From: a virus
Taxonomy: Duplodnaviria > Heunggongvirae > Uroviricota > Caudoviricetes
DNA: 64,000 nt
IMG/VR virus record: IMGVR_UViG_3300033075_001920
Reading direction: 5' to 3' (one strand)
Position numbers and translations under genes: made by a program. Shown here one piece after another: positions 40,347 through 47,530 of this stretch. Under the pieces are notes generated by a model, which searched no databases, was not told the DNA's origin, and was given only the letters and a program-made list of their open reading frames with translations. The first letter of the stretch is position 1; each line of letters opens with the position of its first letter.

Positions 40347-41593
40347 TAAGAATACTTGTTTACGCCGACTTTCTGGCTCCTTCCGGGTTTAGCCAGGTGA
40401 CAGAAAATATATTTTCTCGCATGGAACCATTTTTAGAAAAATACAATATAAAAATGGATGTCTTGGCTTACAATCTGCGCTCAACTGAGGATATTGAGTA
40501 TAGCCCGAGAATAAAAGTGCATCACCCTAAAAATTATGCTAAAAACATGTCCGATCCTTTTTATGTGGATGGGTTTTTAAAGTATTTGCAGAAAAAGCCT
40601 TTTGATCTGGTTTGGATAATCAATGACTATCCATTGGTTGCCCCTTTTATTTCTTTGCTCAATGGATTGAAAAAATGGAAGAAGGAACAAAGGGAAAGAA
40701 TATTTAAGATGATGATTTATTTTCCGGTGGACAGCATCATTGCCGGAGATTATCTGGAAGGACTCAAATTCTTTCATAAATCCGTAACATATACCAATTA
40801 CGGAGCCGAGATGATTTTTAATCAGACCAAGGATGCAGACTATACCTACGATTTAAGTATTATTCCGCACGGCATTGATACCGTTAATTTTTTCCGGATG
40901 CCGGACGATCAAAGGCTGGCTTTGAGAGAAAAATACGGACTGCCGAAGGATGTTTACATTTTTGGAACGGTTAATAAGAACGGGCCAAGAAAAGATATCG
41001 GAGGCACCCTGCTAGCCTTCTCGTATTTCAAAAAGAGAAATCCGGATGCCAAAGTAGCTTTGTATCTGCATACCTACCATGCCGATACAACCGGTATAAA
41101 TGTGAAAATGGCGGCAAAGAATCTGAATCTGAAAGAAGGCAAGGATTATTTTCTTCCGGTGGAGGGTAAATACAACAATGCCGATTATACCACTTCAGAT
41201 ATGAATGAGGTATACAACTGTTTTGATTGTTTTGTTTCAACCTCTATGGGAGAAGGATGGGGGCTTACTGTTACCCAGGCAATGGCTACCGAGCTGCCGA
41301 TAGTTTGTGGCGATCACACCTCTCTTTCAGAAATTTGCAACGAAGATCTGTCGCAAGAGAATCGTGCTCAGGCGGTGTACTCAGTTCCAAGTTCCAGATT
41401 GAGCGAAGTTATAGTCCCTAATGAATTTGCTCCCCAGCCAATCAGGTACCGCCTTGATCCGGTAGCCGTGGCCGAACAGATGGAAGAGGCAATGAAAGAT
41501 GGTAATAGAAAAACATACCAGCCCATTATTGACAGATACAACTGGGATGATATTACCAGGGAATGGGAAAAGTTAATTTTGGAAGTTTTATAA
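40343..41593 (+). CDS. GT4-family (GT-B) glycosyltransferase
   Basis: IPHGID, GTVNKNGPRKD, SMGEGWGLTVTQAMA. Confidence 0.9.
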   Translation: MIRILVYADFLAPSGFSQVTENIFSRMEPFLEKYNIKMDVLAYNLRSTEDIEYSPRIKVHHPKNYAKNMSDPFYVDGFLKYLQKKPFDLVWIINDYPLVAPFISLLNGLKKWKKEQRERIFKMMIYFPVDSIIAGDYLEGLKFFHKSVTYTNYGAEMIFNQTKDADYTYDLSIIPHGIDTVNFFRMPDDQRLALREKYGLPKDVYIFGTVNKNGPRKDIGGTLLAFSYFKKRNPDAKVALYLHTYHADTTGINVKMAAKNLNLKEGKDYFLPVEGKYNNADYTTSDMNEVYNCFDCFVSTSMGEGWGLTVTQAMATELPIVCGDHTSLSEICNEDLSQENRAQAVYSVPSSRLSEVIVPNEFAPQPIRYRLDPVAVAEQMEEAMKDGNRKTYQPIIDRYNWDDITREWEKLILEVL

Positions 41594-41600
41594 GAAGAAC

Positions 41601-41912
41601 ATGCCTTTTTTAAAGAATATAAGAATAGACAATATTCAGAATGTTACTGTAATGGTAAACAGTTCTATTGACATCAGGCATGCCATCAGACCGGATGGAC
41701 GAATACATATTTGTTTTGCAGATAGCGATAGCGTTTTGCAAGATACACTTGTGGATTTTCAAGATGGAACAGGGCTTGCTATTTCAGACAAGACCAGTCA
41801 TATAGATTTACTAATTGATACCGATGCCGAACACTTGGACGCATTAATTATAGGTTTATTAAGAATCCGCAATAAAGCCAAGAAGGAAGGTTTAACAAAC
41901 AATCGCCCATGA
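41601..41912 (+). CDS. hypothetical protein
   Basis: ORF. Confidence 0.6.
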   Translation: MPFLKNIRIDNIQNVTVMVNSSIDIRHAIRPDGRIHICFADSDSVLQDTLVDFQDGTGLAISDKTSHIDLLIDTDAEHLDALIIGLLRIRNKAKKEGLTNNRP

Positions 41913-42391
41913 AAATAACATGCCTTCCAAAAGACTATTTCGATGATCTGATGAAATCCAAAAAGATAACAGACCAGAACGTAAACCTACGTTCTGAGTG
42001 CTTTATCAGCATTAATGACTCTTGTGAAACAGACCAAAAACCTTATTTTAAAAACAATGAAAATGTACTTGTACTTTTCTTTGATGATATCGATAAAGAT
42101 TTGTTTGTAAGAAAGGCGGAAGATGGTTCTGAAATATGGCACAGGGCTTTTACACAGCAGCAAGCTGAGCAGGTAATAGAATTCATCAACCGTAATAGAA
42201 ATAAGACCACTTGTGTTATTCATTGCACTGCAGGAGTGAGAAGAAGTGGTACCATTGCAGAATTCATAAACCGGTATTTAAATCTTGCTTGGCCGGAGTT
42301 CAGGGAGGCGAACAGACATATTCAGATAAGACAATCCATAAAAGACACACTACAATCATGTATTCAAAAAGATTCTGGTTTAATAAAATAG
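41909..42391 (+). CDS. protein-tyrosine/dual-specificity phosphatase-like protein
   Basis: HCTAGVRRSG = CX5R P-loop; upstream FFDD. Confidence 0.85.
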   Translation: MKITCLPKDYFDDLMKSKKITDQNVNLRSECFISINDSCETDQKPYFKNNENVLVLFFDDIDKDLFVRKAEDGSEIWHRAFTQQQAEQVIEFINRNRNKTTCVIHCTAGVRRSGTIAEFINRYLNLAWPEFREANRHIQIRQSIKDTLQSCIQKDSGLIK

Positions 42392-42720
42392 GGATACCAG
42401 CAAATCAGACTGAGGTCAGAAGGGTCTTTCAAATAAAAGACAACTTTTTGAGCATCGTTCGAACCGAAGGATCCTTATATTTTCCAAAAGATATTTCAGA
42501 TGTTTCTTTTGGGCTTTGTAAGATAAACATTGTAAAGCCAAACATTGTATTCTACTCAGACCCAATCTGTGGATTTATGATTGAAATGCCGCAGCTCGTG
42601 GATATGCTTAAAAATAAAAATCACGTTGAATATCTTTCCGGACTAACCTGGATATATCAAGCTAATTCAATGATTGATGAATTTACAGTACTAAACCTTA
42701 AGAAAAGAAAAAGGGCATAA
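42211..42720 (+). CDS. hypothetical protein (true start probably internal)
   Basis: ORF overlaps phosphatase gene. Confidence 0.5.
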   Translation: MCYSLHCRSEKKWYHCRIHKPVFKSCLAGVQGGEQTYSDKTIHKRHTTIMYSKRFWFNKIGIPANQTEVRRVFQIKDNFLSIVRTEGSLYFPKDISDVSFGLCKINIVKPNIVFYSDPICGFMIEMPQLVDMLKNKNHVEYLSGLTWIYQANSMIDEFTVLNLKKRKRA

Positions 42721-42777
42721 CATCTCGTTACACCCGCTTTCCAAGATCTGCTCAGGCATACCCTTACAAGGCAAGAA

Positions 42778-42891
42778 TTACTTCTTGAATGCTTTGTAAG
42801 TTAGGGCAGCGAGCATTACCACACTGGCAGTCATAAGCACGTTAGCGCCTCCTAACCAGTTTGGACTTTTAATGTTGAAGAAATCTCCCAT
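42778..42891 (-). CDS. 37-aa single-TM peptide MGDFFNIKSPNWLGGANVLMTASVVMLAALTYKAFKK
   Basis: manual translation. Confidence 0.5.
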   Translation of the reverse strand: MGDFFNIKSPNWLGGANVLMTASVVMLAALTYKAFKK

Positions 42892-43326
42892 AGGAATTTT
42901 ATTTTGATAATAAACTAATTACAAAGTTCTTATAAATAAGGTCATAAATTTCAAGCACTTGCACTTATTTATTAGCTTAAAAAATAATTTTGCTCATTTT
43001 ACCTTGTCGCAGTAAGCATCTTCGAGGATTTATAAAATTAAAAAAAAAAATAAGTGCAAGTCGCATCTTGTAAAATCAACCCCTAAAAAGCTGATTTTTC
43101 ATTATTTTAGAGTATAACCAGCCTCACTTTTTAAATTTCAATTCGCATGAAATAACATAGAAATCACTCCGGATGCCGGCAGGGGCTATAAACACATTAC
43201 CCCACCTTGGGCAAAAGGCAGGGTAACATGTAAATTATGAATACTATCAGGTATCAGGGCAAATGTACGGGAAAGAAAAAAGACCGGCCATATACAGACC
43301 GATCTTTTTTTACACAAATACACAAA

Positions 43327-43401
43327 TGGTTGCGGGGGACGGACTCGAACCGCCGACCTGGGGGTTATGAGCCACCCGAGCTACCGCTGCTCCACCCCGC
43401 G
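43327..43401 (-). tRNA. trnfM: tRNA-fMet (CAT), initiator
   Basis: cloverleaf, C1:A72 mismatch, encoded CCA. Confidence 0.92.
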
Positions 43402-43564
43402 ATAAAATGGAATGTATGGTCAGTCAGCAAAAGCCCACGGACCAAAATGGGGCAAAGTTAAAATCAGCACGAAAACAACTTTCTCATCTTTTACATTCCA
43501 GTGGACAAATATAGAAGAAAAGAAATAATCCTAAAAATATTTTTTCAGATAATAAAAAATCCAT

Positions 43565-43730
43565 TATTTTTGTTTTGTCTATGCGAAAGAGCCCTGCGCC
43601 AAAAGAACCCTCAGCTAAAAGTGAGATACTGTCTCCAAACAGCCTCATCTAGGATAGTATCCTGGATCTGATTGGTCAATTGCAGACCAATTTCACAAAA
43701 GAACCGGTTATGCATGACCGGTTTTTTTTT
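43565..43730 (+). ncRNA. putative small RNA with own promoter and terminator
   Basis: TATTTTTG at 43565; serial hairpins; terminator aaccggtt..gaccggtt plus T-run. Confidence 0.55.
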
Positions 43731-44007
43731 ATTCCGGAATATGAACAATAGTCCATCCGTCTGGTTCTGTAAACTTATGCTTCACACAATAAGTCATCGC
43801 TTTGCCATAGGTTTTTAAATTCATTGCCAACTGGGTATTAAGTGTAGTGGTATGGTCTTTCATAAGGTATTCTAAGGTAGTTTTATTCTGTATTAGATAA
43901 ATTCCTTCGGAAGTAAAGATTTTGTGCATCCTACGAATGGAAGATGCATCATCCCTTGAAAAAAATAGTTGTCTCATATAATAAATACGACGGAGCGTGA
44001 CATTCAA
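43729..44007 (-). CDS. hypothetical protein
   Basis: ORF between tRNAs. Confidence 0.55.
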   Translation of the reverse strand: MNVTLRRIYYMRQLFFSRDDASSIRRMHKIFTSEGIYLIQNKTTLEYLMKDHTTTLNTQLAMNLKTYGKAMTYCVKHKFTEPDGWTIVHIPE

Positions 44008-44141
44008 TTACATTAATCGAAATTAACAATTAACAAAACAAGGGTATAAGGCAAAGACTGCCAGTGCTGTATGTCTGCAAATACCATCTTCACATTTAAC
44101 AAATGATTTGCACAAAATTGTGCAAATTTTATAGAAACTTT

Positions 44142-44215
44142 GTCTCCCGAAGAGGAGTCGAACCTCTAATTGCAGGGTCGTAACCTACTGGTTTGTCCAT
44201 TAGCCTACCGAGAGA
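44142..44215 (-). tRNA. trnR: tRNA-Arg (ACG)
   Basis: cloverleaf, loop TTACGAC. Confidence 0.88.
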
Positions 44216-44220
44216 AATTT

Positions 44221-44293
44221 GGGTGTAACACCGGATTCGAACCGATACCAGCTGATTCACAGTCAGCCCGCCTGCCATTAGCGTAGAAACACC
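44221..44293 (-). tRNA. trnH: tRNA-His (GTG)
   Basis: loop CTGTGAA, G-1 present. Confidence 0.9.
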
Positions 44294-44302
44294 ATATATT
44301 TT

Positions 44303-44376
44303 GTACTCCCCAAAGGATTTGAACCTCTATTTCCAGAATCAAAGTCTAGCGTCCTGCCAGTTAGACGAGAGGAGTA
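44303..44376 (-). tRNA. trnQ: tRNA-Gln (TTG)
   Basis: loop CTTTGAT. Confidence 0.88.
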
Positions 44377-44424
44377 TGTAATTACTACTAATCTGTATTA
44401 AAATTAGTAGTAACTCACCATTTG

Positions 44425-44510
44425 AGCCACTTGTAGGATTTGAACCCACGATGAACTTTCGTTTTCTGCTTACAAGGCAGGTGCAATCGACCAGGCTATG
44501 CGAAAGTGGC
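44425..44510 (-). tRNA. trnT: tRNA-Thr (TGT) with long variable arm
   Basis: loop CTTGTAA; variable arm AAC-GAAA-GTT. Confidence 0.85.
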
Positions 44511-44524
44511 ATTTTAAAGAACTG

Positions 44525-44596
44525 TGGAAATGACTGGAATCGAACCAGTCCGCACGGATTTTCAGTCCGCTGCTCTACCAACTGAGCTACATCTCC
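44525..44596 (-). tRNA. trnF: tRNA-Phe (GAA)
   Basis: loop CTGAAAA. Confidence 0.92.
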
Positions 44597-44602
44597 ATTT
44601 TG

Positions 44603-44675
44603 AGCCTAGTACTGGATTTGAACCAGTGTACACATGATTTTGCAGACCATGACCTAACCACTCGGACAACTAGGC
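44603..44675 (-). tRNA. trnC: tRNA-Cys (GCA)
   Basis: loop CTGCAAA. Confidence 0.9.
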
Positions 44676-44682
44676 TTTTATT

Positions 44683-44762
44683 TGCGGTTCAGTCTCCCTC
44701 CTAATTAGAAGTTGTAGGCGTGCACTAACGCCTCGTTATTCGGACATTTCCTACGCTGAACC
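44683..44762 (-). ncRNA. tRNA-sized structured element of unclear type
   Basis: closing stem GGTTCAG/CTGAACC, inner AGGCGT/ACGCCT hairpin. Confidence 0.4.
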
Positions 44763-44837
44763 TAGAGGGGGTGGCTTGCCGTTAGCCGATTGCCGTTTTC
44801 ACAGTTTACAGGATTCGAACCCGCATTTCCCCCAACG
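44763..44837 (-). ncRNA. circularly permuted tRNA-like element Y (opened at anticodon loop)
   Basis: 3' half (GGGGG-AAAT-T arm-acceptor), GAAA, then 5' half (acceptor-TC-D arm-CCCCC). Confidence 0.7.
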
Positions 44838-44913
44838 TGGCATAAGCAGGATTCGAACCTGCGCATTCCTGCTCCCAAAGCAGGTCGGAAAAACCGGACT
44901 TCCGTATTACGCC
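44838..44913 (-). tRNA. trnP: tRNA-Pro (TGG)
   Basis: loop TTTGGGA. Confidence 0.88.
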
Positions 44914-44933
44914 ATTTTTTTATATGTAAGAAC

Positions 44934-45010
44934 TCATAAGAGCATCGTCCTTCCATTAAACGATCACCCATTAAACGGGTGAGCCGGGGTTGAACCGACA
45001 TAATGCCTCG
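44934..45010 (-). ncRNA. circularly permuted tRNA-like element X (opened at anticodon loop)
   Basis: GGCAT-TAT-T arm-TCACCC, loop, GGGTGA-TC-D arm-G-ATGCT. Confidence 0.7.
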
Positions 45011-45085
45011 TACTCGGTGCGGGGATCGAACCCGCTGCAACAGGATGAAAACCTGCCGTTTTAACCTACCGTGAACTAACCGAGC
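45011..45085 (-). tRNA. trnE: tRNA-Glu (TTC)
   Basis: loop TTTTCAT. Confidence 0.88.
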
Positions 45086-45087
45086 AT

Positions 45088-45116
45088 AAAAAAACCCTGA
45101 TTGTTAGTCAGGGTTT
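45088..45116 (-). terminator. attenuator terminator of leftward tRNA operon
   Basis: AAAACCCTGA-ctaacaa-TCAGGGTTTT plus T-run immediately before tRNA-Glu. Confidence 0.85.
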
Positions 45117-45143
45117 TAAAATATCGTAGTATTTTCAATTATC

Positions 45144-45224
45144 TCACGACACAATAAACCCTGATTCGCATGTAAAACATGGGAATTGCTCGGGGGTGTG
45201 TCGCTGAATAAGATTTAAAATCAC
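45144..45224 (-). CDS. leader peptide 1: MILNLIQRHTPEQFPCFTCESGFIVS (GTG start)
   Basis: codons 7-20 use only Q,R,H,T,P,E,F,C, the amino acids of the downstream tRNAs. Confidence 0.85.
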   Translation of the reverse strand: MILNLIQRHTPEQFPCFTCESGFIVS

Positions 45225-45333
45225 GTTGCAATTATAAAGAAAAAAATAGAATAAACAAATTAATATTTTTGGAATGGGAAAATATAAACCAATACCTTTA
45301 GAGAATATGAAATATTACAGTTTTTGCGAGACT

Positions 45334-45522
45334 GTTGTATATGCCTTTCAAATTGAGGTTATTCACAACATGAATCGCAGATAGAAGTTGTAAAAGCCAT
45401 TAGTGATAACTGGGCTGTGTTGTAAGGCATTATTTCCTGATTCATCGGCTTCGCAAGGAAGACTCCACAGGCGCATCGCGGGTACACTCCCGCTGAAATC
45501 AGAGAACTGATGTGCAAATATA
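45334..45522 (-). ncRNA. TnpB/Cas12f-like guide-RNA scaffold copy B with mini-array
   Basis: promoter TATATTTG; scaffold to 45387; spacer 45354-45386; repeat ATTTGAAAGGCATATACAAC 45334-45353. Confidence 0.8.
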
Positions 45523-45563
45523 GGAAAATTCTTGAATTCTGTTAGTAATTTAGAAAAAAATAT

Positions 45564-45571
45564 TATATTTG
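45564..45571 (+). promoter_or_regulatory. -7 promoter element of Leu/Ser/Tyr tRNA operon
   Basis: TATATTTG. Confidence 0.75.
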
Positions 45572-45579
45572 CACTCCCG

Positions 45580-45642
45580 ATGAGACAACAATTATCACTC
45601 AGTTATTCGTACCTATCAGCCTTTGCTGATCAGCTCGGATAA
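45580..45642 (+). CDS. leader peptide 2: MRQQLSLSYSYLSAFADQLG
   Basis: codons 5-13 use only L,S,Y, the amino acids of the downstream tRNAs. Confidence 0.88.
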   Translation: MRQQLSLSYSYLSAFADQLG

Positions 45643-45667
45643 CCTATGTGATTAAAATCTTGCATAG

Positions 45668-45695
45668 AAACCCCGGCTGAAAAGTCGGGGTTTTT
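45668..45695 (+). terminator. attenuator terminator of Leu/Ser/Tyr operon
   Basis: AAACCCCGGCT-GAAA-AGTCGGGGTTTTT. Confidence 0.85.
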
Positions 45696-45705
45696 GTGTT
45701 TATAT

Positions 45706-45779
45706 ACCCCTTTAGCCCAACGGAAGGAGGCGCGTGCCTTAGGAGCATGACAGTATCGGTTCGAATCCGATAGGGGGTA
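45706..45779 (+). tRNA. trnL: tRNA-Leu (TAG), short variable loop
   Basis: loop CTTAGGA, A73, 5-nt variable region. Confidence 0.8.
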
Positions 45780-45815
45780 CAAAAAAAAGTACACTGTACA
45801 AAAAGTGTACAAAAT

Positions 45816-45889
45816 GCACCCGTAGTCCAACGGCAGGAGACGAAGAGTTTAAGCCTCTGACAGTGTGGGTTCGAATCCCTCCGGGTGTA
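45816..45889 (+). tRNA. trnL: tRNA-Leu (TAA), short variable loop
   Basis: loop TTTAAGC, A73, 5-nt variable region. Confidence 0.78.
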
Positions 45890-45894
45890 CAAAT

Positions 45895-45985
45895 GGAAAG
45901 TGAAGCAGCTGCATTGGAGCGGCGATCAGTCTTGAAAACTGAGTCAGGTTTTGCCTGTGGGGATCGGGTCCTCCTCTTTCCGCCA
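45895..45985 (+). tRNA. trnS: tRNA-Ser (TGA), atypical T-loop
   Basis: loop CTTGAAA, long variable arm, G73, CCA. Confidence 0.82.
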
Positions 45986-45990
45986 GTTAT

Positions 45991-46079
45991 GGAAGATAGT
46001 CAGATATGGCTCGCTGAGTCTGTTTGCTAAACAGATCTGCTTTAAAGGAGCAGTGAGGGTTCGAATCCCTTGTCTTCCG
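45991..46079 (+). tRNA. trnS: tRNA-Ser (GCT)
   Basis: loop TTGCTAA, long variable arm. Confidence 0.88.
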
Positions 46080-46087
46080 CTAAATAT

Positions 46088-46173
46088 GGGTGTGCTGTCG
46101 CGATTGGTGGAGCGGCGCCGGTCTGTAAAATCGGTACTTTGATACGCTGTGGGTTCGAATCCTACCACACCCT
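46088..46173 (+). tRNA. trnY: tRNA-Tyr (GTA)
   Basis: loop CTGTAAA, long variable arm. Confidence 0.88.
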
Positions 46174-46214
46174 CTAAATAAACATAAATATACAAAAGTG
46201 TGTATATTTACATT

Positions 46215-46820
46215 TTAATGTATGTTTGGCAGTATATTCAACTCCGAGTATTCCTTTCCGAAATTTTCAATCGCAGCTTGATTATATGCCATTGCAGCAT
46301 CTTCCTCGTTTATAAAATAACCCAGATGCTTTTTAACGTAATCTAATTTTATATAAGCAGCCCATTTTTTTGCAAAATTACTCCAGCTAACTCCCTTGTA
46401 AACACTGGATGGCTCATCGCCGTTTGCTGTTTTGGGTTTCTTCTCCTTGTAATGTGCTTTACGATGATCAATGATTTCAATATTGTCTCGTCTTAAATTG
46501 AGCGGGTTTTTATCCTTATAATGGATAATAGATTTACCTTCAATATCCATCATTAATTTTGCTACCGGCGCAACAACCCTCTTACCTTGTTTTGAAATCC
46601 ACAATGCCATTACTATACCCCTCTTTTTATCAAAGAAGATTGCCTGCTGTCTTAAAATTTCATAATCTAAATCATCAAATTCAATGATTTTACCGCAGGT
46701 TGTTTTGACCCATCTGAATTGATTCGCAAATATCCGCATTGCTTTTATTGCATCATTTTTTGAGATATTTTCGGTTTTCTTTCCAAAAATGTCGTGCAAT
46801 ATTTCAATTTCGGTTTTCAT
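46215..46820 (-). CDS. HNH-AP2 homing-endonuclease-like protein
   Basis: IHYKDKNPLNLRRDNI (degenerate HNH) plus SSVYKGVSW...HLGYF..EEDAAMAYNQAA AP2 domain. Confidence 0.85.
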   Translation of the reverse strand: MKTEIEILHDIFGKKTENISKNDAIKAMRIFANQFRWVKTTCGKIIEFDDLDYEILRQQAIFFDKKRGIVMALWISKQGKRVVAPVAKLMMDIEGKSIIHYKDKNPLNLRRDNIEIIDHRKAHYKEKKPKTANGDEPSSVYKGVSWSNFAKKWAAYIKLDYVKKHLGYFINEEDAAMAYNQAAIENFGKEYSELNILPNIH

Positions 46821-47073
46821 CTGTTTTGCAAAGTAAATCTATTTAAAATAAATTGTTGTTATTGTTTAGTTTGAAAATGTCGAACTTTAAAATGTTTTCC
46901 GGAATAAGGGTTTATGAAAGAGCAAATACTATATGTTACTGAGGCGGGAGTTCTTATGTTAAATGTATGTGATATTGTTTACGGAATACAATATTTTGAG
47001 TATGAAACGCTGCAAAACCAAGTTTATTGGCTGCATTGTCCTGTTTGGTTTTATGATAGATATAATTAAATCT

Positions 47074-47265
47074 AAACCGAGAACTATAAAAATATTAGTA
47101 GTGTCTCAGTTTGAAATTTTAGACCGTTTGGTTTTTTATATCCTTACAAATTTACCGTACAAGAAAGAACTATGTATTTAATATTCATCTTTTTATAAGT
47201 GTATGGTTTTTTTGTATCCTTACAAATAACCATACACATAGGTCAAACCGAGAACTATAAAAATA
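47074..47265. repeat. AT-rich non-coding region with nested direct repeats
   Basis: AAACCGAGAACTATAAAAATA at 47074 and 47245; TATCCTTACAAAT at 47139 and 47215. Confidence 0.85.
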
Positions 47266-47294
47266 ATTTTAATTTATTTTCCCGGTTTTTTGTG

Positions 47295-47427
47295 TACATT
47301 TGCCTTGTTCTTTGAACCCAGCGGGAGTGTACCCGCGATGCGCCTGTGGAGTCTTCCTTGCGAAGCCGATGAATCAGGAAATAATGCCTTACAACACCGC
47401 CCAGTTATTACTAAAGGCTTTTACAAC
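47295..47427 (+). ncRNA. TnpB/Cas12f-like guide-RNA scaffold copy A
   Basis: promoter TACATTTG; 109 nt nearly identical to reverse complement of 45387-45495. Confidence 0.8.
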
Positions 47428-47530
47428 TAGTACGAAATTGTCGATTTCTTTAGTTTGAAAGGTATTTACAACTCGTATGAGTATCATAAATTTGAAAGGC
47501 AATACAACATTCCCTCCAGCTCACATCTTT
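47411..47530 (+). CRISPR. minimal CRISPR-like array with short repeats
   Basis: CTAAAGGCTTTTACAAC / GTTTGAAAGGTATTTACAAC (47453-72) / ATTTGAAAGGCAATACAAC (47490-508) separated by unique 25- and 17-nt spacers. Confidence 0.65.

Noticed and set aside
44425-44510. Intron in tRNA-Thr or tRNA-Asn
   Set aside because: The extra bases lie in the variable region and form a short tetraloop hairpin; the anticodon loops are intact 7-mers.
46963-47181. 72-aa ORF in the AT-rich repeat region
   Set aside because: Low-complexity composition, no motif, crosses the direct repeats.
47411-47530. Conventional CRISPR-Cas locus
   Set aside because: Repeats are only about 20 nt, few and non-identical, and no cas1/cas2 or effector gene is in the window. 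Kept only as a guide-RNA mini-array.
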